Source of the DNA: Candidatus Fimihabitans intestinipullorum
GTDB lineage: Bacteria > Bacillota_I > Bacilli_A > RF39 > UBA660
NCBI GenBank assembly: GCA_018714965.1
Contig: DVML01000025.1
Location: 14,207 to 78,206 of the forward strand
Reading direction: 5' to 3'
DNA length: 64,000 nucleotides
Each line of letters begins with the position of its first letter. Position 1 is the stretch's first letter. Shown piece after piece: positions 38,830 through 48,788 of this stretch. The translations under genes were made by a program, and so were the position numbers. Under the pieces are notes generated by a model. The model did no database searches. It was not told where the DNA came from and saw nothing but the letters and a program-made list of their open reading frames with translations.

Positions 38830-39706
38830 CGTACTTGAGCGTTATCAGATCAAACCTAAAAAGTATGTGATGAAAGGAAAAGCGACCTTGATCGAAACAT
38901 CGGAAGGTCGCTTTGCAATCAAAGAGAAAAATCGTTCTGAAAATGGGAAAATTTTGCAGTATTTGAATTCTAGAAATTTCGATTATTATCCCAAGGTAAA
39001 GATCGAAGATGATAGTTATGAAATTAGAGAATACATCGAAGATATCAATATGCCAAGGGATCAAAAGATTGCTGATCTTATCGATCTCGTTAGTTTATTA
39101 CATAATAAGACGACACATTACAAGGAAGTAGATGAAGATGACTATAAAATCATTTTCGAAGATATCAAAAATAACATTGCGTATTTAACAGAGTATTATA
39201 ACGATATCATTTCTATTATCGAGACGAAAGTTTTTATGAGTCCGAGTGAATATTTATTTGCACGCAATGTAAGTAAAATTTACTCTTGTCTTCACTACTG
39301 TGATGTGGAACTAGATCGTTGGTATGATTTGATGAAAGAAAAAAGAAAACAACGTGTCGTTGTTTTGCATAACAATTTATCTTTAGATCATTTTTTAAGA
39401 AATCAAAGCTCGTATTTGATTAGTTGGGAGAAAGCCAAAATTGGAATTCCTATTTTTGATTTATACAAGCTTTATAAAAGACATGGTTTAGAATTTGAAT
39501 TTGGAGAGCTCTTAAAACAGTATGAGAGAAATTACCCATTACAAAAAGAAGAGAGAATGTTATTTTTTATTTTAATCTCTCTTCCAGATAAAATAGAATT
39601 TACAGCGTCAGAGTATAAAATGTGCCATATCGTGAGTGATTTTATCGATTCGTTATATAAGACAGAACAATTGATTTCACCATATTATGTGGAACAAGGA
39701 AAATAA
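38813..39706 (+). CDS. ysxE: YsxE/CotS-family spore coat kinase-like protein
   Basis: DL..LVSLLH.KT.HYK, SPSEYLF, R.VVLH.NL.LDH, LISWEKA, P..DL..LY; directly after spoVID. Confidence 0.75.
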   Translation: MRQIFNVLERYQIKPKKYVMKGKATLIETSEGRFAIKEKNRSENGKILQYLNSRNFDYYPKVKIEDDSYEIREYIEDINMPRDQKIADLIDLVSLLHNKTTHYKEVDEDDYKIIFEDIKNNIAYLTEYYNDIISIIETKVFMSPSEYLFARNVSKIYSCLHYCDVELDRWYDLMKEKRKQRVVVLHNNLSLDHFLRNQSSYLISWEKAKIGIPIFDLYKLYKRHGLEFEFGELLKQYERNYPLQKEERMLFFILISLPDKIEFTASEYKMCHIVSDFIDSLYKTEQLISPYYVEQGK

Positions 39707-39853
39707 GAAGAAGATGAAGAATAATAAAAATAAAAATAGATTAAAACGAGTAATTAGAATAAAGCATAATAGGAATTGATATACGAGTAATACAAAACAC
39801 GCACCACAGCACAGACACCATTTTGTACGTCCACACCACCAATGATTTCTCAT
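39677..39853 (-). CDS. 58-aa Cys/Trp-rich hydrophobic small protein (not in ORF track)
   Basis: MRNHWWCGRTKWCLCCGACFVLLVYQFLLCFILITRFNLFLFLLFFIFFLFSLFHIIW; RBS AGGTGA; CATACTCT sporulation-type -10. Confidence 0.55.
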   Translation of the reverse strand: MRNHWWCGRTKWCLCCGACFVLLVYQFLLCFILITRFNLFLFLLFFIFFLFSLFHIIW

Positions 39854-39945
39854 GATATCACCTAATCATAGAGTATGCATACTTTCAAGATTGGTATATG
39901 ACAAGGCCTAGAAAATGTTTTCAAACATTTTCTTTTTCTATGCAA

Positions 39946-39959
39946 CGAACGAATGTTTG
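39946..39959 (+). promoter_or_regulatory. LexA (Cheo/SOS) box in the dinB promoter
   Basis: CGAAC-GAAT-GTTTG immediately upstream of TGgTATAAT. Confidence 0.8.
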
Positions 39960-39983
39960 TGGTATAATATGATTGGTGGTAAT

Positions 39984-41198
39984 ATGGAACGAATTATCTT
40001 TCATATCGATGTCAATAATGCGTTTTTATCGTGGAGTGCAATCGATCTACTCAATCATGGTTCTAAATTAGATATTCGTGATTCTTATGCCGTGATTGGG
40101 GGAGATGAAAAATCTCGTCATGGGATCGTTCTTGCAAAGTCGATGCCTGCGAAAAAGCGTGGTGTAAAAACAGGAGAGTCTTTATATCAAGCGAGGAAGA
40201 AAGTTCCTGCACTTAAGATGTATCCTCCAAATTATCTTTGGTATCAGAAAATGTCCAAGTCATTATTTGAACTGTTGAGTAAGTATACAGATGATATCGA
40301 AGTTGCTAGTATCGATGAATGTTATCTAGATTATGGAAAAGTAAAAAAGTTATATGGTGATGAAATCGAATTTGCCTATCGGTTGAAAGAGGAAGTTTAT
40401 AATACACTTGGGTTTACTGTCAATATTGGCATTGCCAATAATAAATTGTGTGCGAAAATGGCAAGTGATTTTTCAAAGCCGAATAAAGTACATACGCTTT
40501 ATCAATACGAAGTAGAAAAGAAGATGTATCCACTTCCGATAGGAGATTTGTTTGGAGTTGGAAGACGTACGTGTGAGAAGTTATTAAAGTTAGGAATTCA
40601 TACCATTGGCGATTTAGCACACGCGGATCCAAAACGATTGAATCCATATCTAAAGAATCAAAGTATCGATTTTATAAGAAGAGCACAAGGATATGACGAT
40701 TCACCGGTTGTAAAAAATGAGGGAGATCCGAAAGGGATTAGTAACTCTATTACACTTCCTAGAGATTTGAATGATTTAGAAGAGATGAATTTTATCATTC
40801 ATGGGATTGTCGAAAATGTGACGAGAAGTCTTAGAAAACAAAAAAAGTATGCATCCGTCGTTGCTGTTATGATCAAAGACAAATTTTTTAAGTCATATTC
40901 CCATCAACGTAAACTCAAAAATGCAACGGACTTGAGTGAGGAAATTTATCAAGTTGCAAAAGAGTTATTAAAAGAATGTTGGAACCATGAACCAGTGCGA
41001 TTATTAGGGGTGCGATTAGATCAATTAACAGAAGAAAATCATCATCAAGTATCTCTTTTTGAAAGTGTCAACAATCGAGAACGCGATACGAAATTAGAGC
41101 ATTTGATCGATGCGATACAGGATAAATATGGAGATCGAGCAATTAAGAAGGCAACTTTAATCGATCATCCAGTAAAGAAAAAATATTTAAATCATTAG
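39984..41198 (+). CDS. dinB: DNA polymerase IV
   Basis: HIDVNNAF, SIDECYLD, AKMASDFSKPN, GVG, PVRLLGV. Confidence 0.93.
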   Translation: MERIIFHIDVNNAFLSWSAIDLLNHGSKLDIRDSYAVIGGDEKSRHGIVLAKSMPAKKRGVKTGESLYQARKKVPALKMYPPNYLWYQKMSKSLFELLSKYTDDIEVASIDECYLDYGKVKKLYGDEIEFAYRLKEEVYNTLGFTVNIGIANNKLCAKMASDFSKPNKVHTLYQYEVEKKMYPLPIGDLFGVGRRTCEKLLKLGIHTIGDLAHADPKRLNPYLKNQSIDFIRRAQGYDDSPVVKNEGDPKGISNSITLPRDLNDLEEMNFIIHGIVENVTRSLRKQKKYASVVAVMIKDKFFKSYSHQRKLKNATDLSEEIYQVAKELLKECWNHEPVRLLGVRLDQLTEENHHQVSLFESVNNRERDTKLEHLIDAIQDKYGDRAIKKATLIDHPVKKKYLNH

Positions 41199-41214
41199 TT
41201 AGTTAGGTGGTAAC

Positions 41215-42321
41215 ATGCCAAAAGCAATCTATATTCATATTCCATTTTGTAAACATATTTGTTCCTATTGTGATTTTTGCAAGTTTTTTTATCGTAGTGA
41301 TTGGGTAGAAGAGTATCTCATCGCATTAGAAAAAGAACTCGAGAGTTATCACATCAAGGATAAAGTTAGGACAATCTACATTGGTGGAGGGACACCAAGC
41401 GTTTTATCTGTACAACAATTAAAGAAATTGTTTGAAATGATCGCTACGATTCCAAGAGAAGACGATTATGAGTATACGATCGAATGTAATGTCGAAACGA
41501 TGAGTATGGAAAAGTTGGAACTTATGAAACAATGTGGAATTAATCGCATTAGTTATGGAGTGGAGACGACACATGAAAGGCATTTAAAAAACTTGGAACG
41601 ATCGCATACGTTTGACATGGTGAAAGAATGGATCGATAAGACCAAAGAGATTGGAATTCAAAATATTAGTGTCGATCTCATATATGCACTTCCAACGGAA
41701 ACACTAGAAGAAGTGAAAGAAGACGTCGATCGTATTTTATCTTTAGATGTTCCTCATGTATCGATGTATTCATTGATCATTGAAGAACATACAAAATTTA
41801 GTGCTAAGAATGTACAAGCGATCTCTGAAGATCTAGATTATGAGATGTATCAGTATATTTGTAATACATTAAAACAACATGGATATGAAAACTATGAGGT
41901 CAGTAATTTTGCTCGTCCTCATTTCTCCTCAAGGCACAATCTCGTCTATTGGAATAACGAAGAATATTATGGCATAGGGCTAGGTGCGAGTGGATATATT
42001 GGAAATGTGCGATATACGAATACGCGAAGTTTGAATCAATATTTTAATGGAGTATATCGAAAAGAAGAGGAAGTACTTTCTTTACAAGAGACGATGGAAA
42101 ATGAAATGATGCTTGGACTTCGTAAGATGGAAGGCGTATCACAACATCGCTTTTTTGAAAAGTATCAAAGAAAGATGGAAGATGTTTTTCCTATTGAGAC
42201 GTTGTTAAAACAAAGAAAGTTAGAGAAGAAAGAAGATTATATTTCGATTCCAAAAGATAAGATATATGTATCAAATGAAATTTTGTTGGAATTGTTTGAC
42301 GATACTATTAAAGATGAGTGA
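41215..42321 (+). CDS. hemW: Radical SAM heme chaperone HemW
   Basis: YIHIPFCKHICSYCDF, GGGTPS, YEVSNFA, HNLVYW, GLGASG. Confidence 0.92.
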   Translation: MPKAIYIHIPFCKHICSYCDFCKFFYRSDWVEEYLIALEKELESYHIKDKVRTIYIGGGTPSVLSVQQLKKLFEMIATIPREDDYEYTIECNVETMSMEKLELMKQCGINRISYGVETTHERHLKNLERSHTFDMVKEWIDKTKEIGIQNISVDLIYALPTETLEEVKEDVDRILSLDVPHVSMYSLIIEEHTKFSAKNVQAISEDLDYEMYQYICNTLKQHGYENYEVSNFARPHFSSRHNLVYWNNEEYYGIGLGASGYIGNVRYTNTRSLNQYFNGVYRKEEEVLSLQETMENEMMLGLRKMEGVSQHRFFEKYQRKMEDVFPIETLLKQRKLEKKEDYISIPKDKIYVSNEILLELFDDTIKDE

Positions 42322-42357
42322 AATATGATACACTAAACTTTAGGAAGGTAGTTATAT

Positions 42358-42942
42358 ATGAATGAAGATAAGATAAAAATATTTCAAAGAGAAATCGGGT
42401 ATATTAAAAGCGATCGATATCGCGAGAATATTAAAAAATTAATTTCTTGGTTACCTGATTATTTTTTCGAAGTTCCAGCAAGTTCTACGGGAAAATATCA
42501 TCCTAAATATGCCTTAGGGGAAGGTGGACTTGTTCGTCATACAAAGGCGGCAGTCAGAATTGCCTATGAGCTTTTGAACGACGAAAGCATTGGATATCAA
42601 TTTAAGGAGGAAGAAAAAGATGTCATTTTGATGGCCCTTCTTCTACACGATGGACTAAAGCATGGAGAACCGAAAGAGAGATATGTTCGATTTGACCATC
42701 CATTACTTATTTGTCATATGATCGAAAGTCATGCAGAAGATTTAACACTTACGGAAAATGAGATCAAGGCGATTGTGAATATGATTTCTAGTCATATGGG
42801 ACCTTGGAATAAAGATTACGACGGAAACGAAGTTTTACCTGAGCCTTCGAATCGTTATCAAAGATTTGTACACATGTGTGATTTCTTAGCAAGTCGAAAA
42901 TTTTTAGAAGTTCCATTTCAAGAAAATGAAATTGTCGATTGA
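42358..42942 (+). CDS. HD domain protein
   Basis: PASSTGKYHP...GGLVRHT, LLHD, SHMG.W, HMCD. Confidence 0.8.
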   Translation: MNEDKIKIFQREIGYIKSDRYRENIKKLISWLPDYFFEVPASSTGKYHPKYALGEGGLVRHTKAAVRIAYELLNDESIGYQFKEEEKDVILMALLLHDGLKHGEPKERYVRFDHPLLICHMIESHAEDLTLTENEIKAIVNMISSHMGPWNKDYDGNEVLPEPSNRYQRFVHMCDFLASRKFLEVPFQENEIVD

Positions 42943-42967
42943 CACGAACACTTGTTCTATGTATAAT
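42939..42967 (+). promoter_or_regulatory. Consensus sigmaA promoter of thyX-tmk with a LexA-box-like palindrome in the spacer
   Basis: TTGACA-CGAACACTTGTTCT-atg-TATAAT (17-bp spacer). Confidence 0.7.
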
Positions 42968-42989
42968 GAGATTGAAGGTAGGTGTAACG

Positions 42990-43826
42990 ATGGAAAAAAG
43001 AAAATTAGAAGGAACCACTCCTAGAGTTGTATTAATGGGGTATACCCAAACAGTAAATCATCAAGGACCAGATGCGATTGTCGCTGCTGCAGGAAAGTTA
43101 TGTTATTCAAAAGTAGGAAGCGATACGATTTTGGATTCTTTATCAGAGACAGATATTACGAAGTTTGTAAGTAATTTAGCTCGGATGGGACATGAAAGTC
43201 CGTTTGAGCACGCATCGTTTAATTTTTATATCGAAGGAATTAGTAGAGCATGTTCTCACCAAATCGTAAGACATAGAATTGCTAGTTATTCTCAGCAGAG
43301 TCAACGCTATGTCGATTTAAATGAGACGTTTCGCGTCATTATTCCTCCGGCAATTCAAGAGAATGAGAAAGCAACAGAACTTTATCTTGATTCAATAGAA
43401 AAGGACTATAATGCCTATATCGATATTACGGAGGCTTTGCTGGAAGATTATGTAAAGAAAGCTTTGGCAGAAGGAAAAACACTTACATCGAGAGAAAAGA
43501 ATCAATTGAAAAAGAAAGCTTTAGAAGATGCACGTTTCGCACTTCCGAATGCATGTGAAACTAAGATTATGATGACGATGAATGCGCGAAGTTTATTTAA
43601 CTTTTTTAAAGAACGTTTATGTACACGTGCACAGTGGGAAATTCGTGAGGTGGCAAATCAAATGTTGGATCAAGTGTTAGAAGTTGCTCCTAATATTTTC
43701 ATGAATGCAGGTGCTCCATGTGTGTTTGGAAAATGTCCGGAAGGTAAAATGAGTTGTGGACATCCACAAGAGATGAAAGAAAAACAAAAAACGATTCATA
43801 AACAGATGGAGTTGTTGCAAAAATGA
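42990..43826 (+). CDS. thyX: Flavin-dependent thymidylate synthase
   Basis: GHESPFEH, SRACSHQIVRHRIASYSQQSQRY, EDAR, MNAR, AQWEIR. Confidence 0.96.
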   Translation: MEKRKLEGTTPRVVLMGYTQTVNHQGPDAIVAAAGKLCYSKVGSDTILDSLSETDITKFVSNLARMGHESPFEHASFNFYIEGISRACSHQIVRHRIASYSQQSQRYVDLNETFRVIIPPAIQENEKATELYLDSIEKDYNAYIDITEALLEDYVKKALAEGKTLTSREKNQLKKKALEDARFALPNACETKIMMTMNARSLFNFFKERLCTRAQWEIREVANQMLDQVLEVAPNIFMNAGAPCVFGKCPEGKMSCGHPQEMKEKQKTIHKQMELLQK

Positions 43827-44503
43827 AGGGAAAGTTAATTGTAATTGAAGGAACTGATTGTTCTGGAAAAGAAACACAATCAAAGATGTTAATTGAAAAG
43901 TTGAAACAGGATGGATATCCGGTAGAAAAGTTCAGCTTTCCAATGTATGATACACCGACAGGAAAAATGATAGGAGGACCTTATCTTGGAAAATCTTATA
44001 TCTGTGATGGTTGGTTTAAAGAAGGAGCAGATAAAGTGGATCCGAAAGTAGCTGCTTTATATTATGCAGCAGATAGAAGATATAATATGGATAAGATTGT
44101 CTCTTTATTGAATACTGGTGTTCATGTGATATTAGATCGTTATACATATTCTAATATGGCACATCAAGGTGGAAAAATAAAGGATACTGATGAAAGATTA
44201 AACATGTATGCTTGGCTCGATGTATTAGAGTTTAAACTTCTAGAATTACCAAAGCCAGATATTGCTATTTTTCTTCATATGCCTTACGAGGCAGCAGAGG
44301 AATTACGTAAATGTCGTTTTGAAAAACCGGATCAACTTGAAATGAACCCAGAACATTTAAAACATGCGGAACAAGCATATCAAGAATTAGCGCAGACATA
44401 TCATTGGAAGACTATCGAATGTGCAGAAGATGGTCATGCACGACCGATCGATGAAATCGGGGAAGAGATCTATCGATATATGAAAGAACAATTGTCACAA
44501 TAG
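43823..44503 (+). CDS. tmk: Thymidylate kinase
   Basis: IEGTDCSGKETQ, FP.Y, YAADR, LDRY..SNMAHQ, PD. Confidence 0.88.
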   Translation: MKGKLIVIEGTDCSGKETQSKMLIEKLKQDGYPVEKFSFPMYDTPTGKMIGGPYLGKSYICDGWFKEGADKVDPKVAALYYAADRRYNMDKIVSLLNTGVHVILDRYTYSNMAHQGGKIKDTDERLNMYAWLDVLEFKLLELPKPDIAIFLHMPYEAAEELRKCRFEKPDQLEMNPEHLKHAEQAYQELAQTYHWKTIECAEDGHARPIDEIGEEIYRYMKEQLSQ

Positions 44504-44549
44504 AAAGGTATAAAACCTTTCTATTTTCATATGATGAAGTGGTGATAGT

Positions 44550-45239
44550 ATGATAAAGTGGATCGCACATCGAGGAAATGGTGTGACGAAGTATCCTGAA
44601 AATTCGAGTGAAGCACTGATACAAGCATTATCACATCCACTCATTGATGGAGTAGAATTGGATGTGCGTTTGACCAAGGATAACGAAGTTGTTATTTTTC
44701 ACGATGCAACTTTAGAAAGAACGACGAATGCGATTGGGTTTGTAAGGGATAAAACATGGAACCAATTGAAAGAGCTTACTTTGATTTCAGAAAAATACCA
44801 TACGAAAATTTCAAAATTATCTAGTTTTTTAAAACGAGTTCACACTTCTAAAATTATATTGATCGAATTGAAAGAAGAAACAGGGGATTATAAAATTCTC
44901 GCTGATCAAGTATGTCGCATATTGGATCGTTATTCTAATTTAAATTTATATCTTGTGTCGTTTCGCGTCGATTTGATCAAATATATCGAAAAGAAATATC
45001 CAAAGTATCGTGTTAGTGTATTTGTGAATCATTTTATCAATTATAAATATGTACATAGTTCATTGTCGTTTCAAGCAATAACACCTGCACTTGTCGATGA
45101 TGTCAAACATACAAAAGAGACATTCGTCTATGCGATTTATCATCTTAGTACGGTAAAATTAGTACAGAAAAAGATAGGAAATCATCCGGTCGGAATGATT
45201 ACAGATCAAGCATTAAAGTTTGCAAAAGCACTAAAATAG
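44550..45239 (+). CDS. Glycerophosphodiester phosphodiesterase family protein
   Basis: IAHRG, PENS, ELDVRLTKD...VIFHD.TLERTT, IELK, ITD. Confidence 0.9.
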   Translation: MIKWIAHRGNGVTKYPENSSEALIQALSHPLIDGVELDVRLTKDNEVVIFHDATLERTTNAIGFVRDKTWNQLKELTLISEKYHTKISKLSSFLKRVHTSKIILIELKEETGDYKILADQVCRILDRYSNLNLYLVSFRVDLIKYIEKKYPKYRVSVFVNHFINYKYVHSSLSFQAITPALVDDVKHTKETFVYAIYHLSTVKLVQKKIGNHPVGMITDQALKFAKALK

Positions 45240-45323
45240 AAATAATTCTATCCTTTTTTCGACAAATTCTTTTCAATTCTTCTAATTCGTGATAAAATAA
45301 AAGTAACATAGGAGAGTGAGAAA

Positions 45324-46493
45324 ATGAGCAAGAAAACTGAATTTTTAGAACATCTTGATATTCCATTTGATTCACTCCCAAATACGAAAGATTATATCAA
45401 TTTAACAGAATTGTTCGATAAACTATATGGATACAAATTTTCAATTAAGAGAAAAGATAAGCGAAAAAAAGAGATCGTATTAAAAGTGACGTTAGGTAAA
45501 GACACTTACGATGTGCCTGATATAGAAACTTATCAATCTTTGTTCCAAGAACAATTTTCTTTTGCACATATTGAAACGAAAGAGGCACTAGAAGATCTAT
45601 GTTGGCGATATGTTCATCTAAAGATGAAGTGGATGAATACAGATAACAAGAATTTAATTTTAGCGATGTTTCCAGGCATAGAAGAATTTTATTTTTTATT
45701 CCGTGCTTTGCAAAAAACACCATATAAAAAAGATCCGTTTGCAACGTTTGACCTTTCCGATATTTCATTTCATACGATCAATGAATATCTATTTCATTTG
45801 GTATCTGGTGCACAACAGGAAAAGATTGAACTAGAAGAAAAGAGAGTAGATGAGTTAAAACATCAACGCGATCTTTACGAGCAAGAGTTGAAAGAACAAC
45901 AAATGCGTGAAAAGTTATTGCAAGCGGAACCAACTTATTTAGAAGCAAAGAAAGAGATCGACGAATTAAAAGAACAAGAAACTTATAATCAAGATCGTAT
46001 AGATAATTTGAGAGAAGAAGAAATCGAATATGTAACTTCGAAGGAGATCGCAGAACGATCTTTATACGATCTATTACAACGTAATTTCTTCATTCGCCTC
46101 TTTAAATATCGTGCTAGAAAAAGATGGGAAGAGATGATTGCACGCGCAACATTAGAAATCGCAAGAGTAAAAGAAGAGATCAAGACGTTACGAATCGAAA
46201 ATAAAGAATTACGGAAGCAATTAGATCAAAAGATTAGAGAGATTGAACGTGAAATCGAAGTATGCAAATATCATGAGTTTGAAGAGAATCTATCTTATTA
46301 TAAAGCGATTGATCCAAAGGATGTGACGCCACAACTAGAAGAGATCAATCAGATGTTAGCATCTTCTAAGTTAAGTCAATTACTCAATGATTTAAAAGTA
46401 TTGTACGAAAAAAATAAACAATATTTAAACTTAGAACCAGAGGTCAATGCAAAAGAAGTAGGATATCAATATCAGTTAAAAGAGAATGTATAA
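45324..46493 (+). CDS. Orphan coiled-coil protein
   Basis: Long ORF with RBS GGAG, own promoter region and terminator; long E/K/Q heptad region; no family motif. Confidence 0.75.
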   Translation: MSKKTEFLEHLDIPFDSLPNTKDYINLTELFDKLYGYKFSIKRKDKRKKEIVLKVTLGKDTYDVPDIETYQSLFQEQFSFAHIETKEALEDLCWRYVHLKMKWMNTDNKNLILAMFPGIEEFYFLFRALQKTPYKKDPFATFDLSDISFHTINEYLFHLVSGAQQEKIELEEKRVDELKHQRDLYEQELKEQQMREKLLQAEPTYLEAKKEIDELKEQETYNQDRIDNLREEEIEYVTSKEIAERSLYDLLQRNFFIRLFKYRARKRWEEMIARATLEIARVKEEIKTLRIENKELRKQLDQKIREIEREIEVCKYHEFEENLSYYKAIDPKDVTPQLEEINQMLASSKLSQLLNDLKVLYEKNKQYLNLEPEVNAKEVGYQYQLKENV

Positions 46494-46603
46494 AAGGGAA
46501 GTCAATTTCCTTTTTTTGTGACATTGACAGAGGATATGTGTTGTGCTATGATTCTTATGCAGTGTGTTGTAAGCTTTGTGTTTTATATGGAAAGGAAAGG
46601 TTT

Positions 46604-47188
46604 ATGACACAAGAGGATTTAAATCAGTTTTTAGCAGTATTGATGTACGGTTTAGCGCATAATAGTGCACATTATCATGAGTGTTGTTATGGAACGAAAC
46701 AGACGAAGGAGCAAACATATCAAGTTGCACGTATTCCAGTCTTTAAAGTAGATGGTTTTGACACATTACAACAGTTATTTGCAACAAATATGGAAGAGTA
46801 TCCAATGTTAAATTATTACTTTCATTGCGATCAATTGATGGAGTCGAGAAAGCAATATGAAAACGGACTCAACCAGTTTGCACGAAATTATCATTTAGAA
46901 TTTAAACCAGATCGAAAATATAGTAATTTATACTTTAAAATTACAAGTAATATCAAACATAAAATCCAATCTGATTTATTGAATGAGATGATTCAAAAGC
47001 AAGATTCTATGCAGTATCCAATCGATGAAATGATGGTAGGAATCGAACGCGAAATGATTCGTTTTGCCAATGATTTTTATCTAGCTAATTTCTTTTCTAG
47101 ATTGAAAGATCGTGACATAGAACAAAGAAATGTATATCAAAAAGGAAAAGCATATCAAAAGAGATTACAACCAAAAATAGGATCGTAG
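46604..47188 (+). CDS. Orphan hypothetical protein
   Basis: ATG at 46604 behind GGAAAGGAAAGG; TTGACA-17-TATGAT upstream. Confidence 0.7.
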   Translation: MTQEDLNQFLAVLMYGLAHNSAHYHECCYGTKQTKEQTYQVARIPVFKVDGFDTLQQLFATNMEEYPMLNYYFHCDQLMESRKQYENGLNQFARNYHLEFKPDRKYSNLYFKITSNIKHKIQSDLLNEMIQKQDSMQYPIDEMMVGIEREMIRFANDFYLANFFSRLKDRDIEQRNVYQKGKAYQKRLQPKIGS

Positions 47189-47193
47189 AGATC

Positions 47194-47706
47194 CTATTTT
47201 TTTGTGTATCCACCATGTACGATTCCTATTTTTTCTGTTACGATCATCGACTTATGATCTATATTTTTGATCATCCGAACGACTGTATTACGTTTTTTTC
47301 TGGGAACGACAATCATGAGCACAGATGAAGTTTGTTCTAACCCATTGCCTTCTAAGACAGTGACTGCATAGCCTTCGTCACGGATTGCAGAAGTTAAAAT
47401 ATCTTCGTTATCTTTCTTTGTAATACCAATTAACATACTATCTCCCATGGCAAGTTTTTCCTCTATTAAGCTTCCGCAGTAAGATCCAACGAAGGAACCT
47501 AGGGCAAAGAAGACAATTTTGAGAGGATCTTTTGTAAGGTTTACGACAACCATTCCTGTTACGATCACCCAGACGAGTGCGATGGCAAATTGTAAGAAAG
47601 CACCTAATAGTTTTTTTCCATTTGCAACGACGATAAGTCGCAAAGTTGCAAGAGAATTTTCTATGACTTTCGATATGAAGATAGTAAAGTAGATTACAAT
47701 TTGCAT
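47194..47706 (-). CDS. DUF5698/DUF2179 (UPF0316) membrane protein
   Basis: K..EN.LATLR, FALG...G.Y.G..IEEKLAMG, R..GYAVT...G.G, ID. Confidence 0.85.
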   Translation of the reverse strand: MQIVIYFTIFISKVIENSLATLRLIVVANGKKLLGAFLQFAIALVWVIVTGMVVVNLTKDPLKIVFFALGSFVGSYCGSLIEEKLAMGDSMLIGITKKDNEDILTSAIRDEGYAVTVLEGNGLEQTSSVLMIVVPRKKRNTVVRMIKNIDHKSMIVTEKIGIVHGGYTKK

Positions 47707-47721
47707 AGTATCACCTAGCTT

Positions 47722-47751
47722 TATTATGCGCGAGTTTTACTTTTTCGATTC
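47722..47751 (-). promoter_or_regulatory. SigmaG-like sporulation promoter
   Basis: GAATC-18 bp-CATAATA on the minus strand. Confidence 0.5.
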
Positions 47752-47813
47752 ATGATCGCACTTTTCTATGACTTTCTTTCATATAACAAAATGTATTAGA
47801 AAGGAGTATGTAT

Positions 47814-47903
47814 ATGAATAATACAGAAGATCTTTATTTTAAAGATGTATTTACAGAAACAGAAAATGGAATTGATATGAAGAAGAGGCCGTATAAAATA
47901 TAA
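47814..47903 (+). CDS. Putative 29-aa small protein (not in ORF track)
   Basis: MNNTEDLYFKDVFTETENGIDMKKRPYKI behind strong RBS GAAAGGAG; fills the gap between flanking genes. Confidence 0.45.
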   Translation: MNNTEDLYFKDVFTETENGIDMKKRPYKI

Positions 47904-47911
47904 AAAAGGCA

Positions 47912-48721
47912 CTACATTTTTTTCTGTAGTGTCTTTTCAGATTGGTTTAATTGTCTTTCGATTGCGCATATGATTGGGCCAATTCTAGGGATGTTCTCTT
48001 CTGCTTGAAAGTTAAAAATACGGTCAATATTACTTTGAATAGCAATGTCATCTTCTAAATTTAACATCTGATAAATTTGATTTAGTTGAACTTGTATATT
48101 TTCTTTTTGAAATAAATCGATCTTTGTAAGTGCATATAAAAATTGTTGCAATAATAAGAGGCGATCGAAGTTTTTTGTATATAATCCGTTTACTTTAAAT
48201 CTTGGATTAGAACGGATTTCTTCGTTATATTCTGGTAAATTAGAACTTGTTCCAGCTGGAATATTTTTAATTTGCCATCCATCGAAATCTAAGAATGTCA
48301 CTTGATGGTTTTCTTTTTGGTAGGAGATATTACCATGAGAGAAAATATCTGGAAATATGATTCCTTCTTGATGTCCAAATTCCATTACATTTTCTACTGT
48401 TTTAAAATAATTACAAATTTCTTTTGGATCTGCTTCATAAGAGAATGTAGTTGGTACGACTTCATCCATTAAGTAACCACGATATCCATTTTCATCTAGT
48501 ACCACAGCTTCTGGATATAAAAGACTTGAATGTGGATTTAATTGATCTACTTTGTGGATTTTATGAGATTCTAATTTTTGTAATATCGTTTCTTGTTCGA
48601 TCCCGTAACGAATGATTTTGATCACTTTATTATTTTTGTAACGATATAAATTGTGTAAGTCTTTTTCTAACATTAATTCTTGATTTAAAATATCGGTAGA
48701 GTGTAAGACTAACTTTTTCAT
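47912..48721 (-). CDS. Protein kinase-like fold orphan protein
   Basis: VIK (beta3 Lys), LLYPEAVV..GYLM hinge, H..GIIFPD...GNI catalytic loop, FLDFDGWQI, FD; ATG at 48721 behind GAAAGGAG. Confidence 0.75.
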   Translation of the reverse strand: MKKLVLHSTDILNQELMLEKDLHNLYRYKNNKVIKIIRYGIEQETILQKLESHKIHKVDQLNPHSSLLYPEAVVLDENGYRGYLMDEVVPTTFSYEADPKEICNYFKTVENVMEFGHQEGIIFPDIFSHGNISYQKENHQVTFLDFDGWQIKNIPAGTSSNLPEYNEEIRSNPRFKVNGLYTKNFDRLLLLQQFLYALTKIDLFQKENIQVQLNQIYQMLNLEDDIAIQSNIDRIFNFQAEENIPRIGPIICAIERQLNQSEKTLQKKM

Positions 48722-48788
48722 GGAAATTCTCCTTTCAAACGGTAACATATTATAGTAAAAATAAGGAATTTGTCAAATTTTTATGTTT

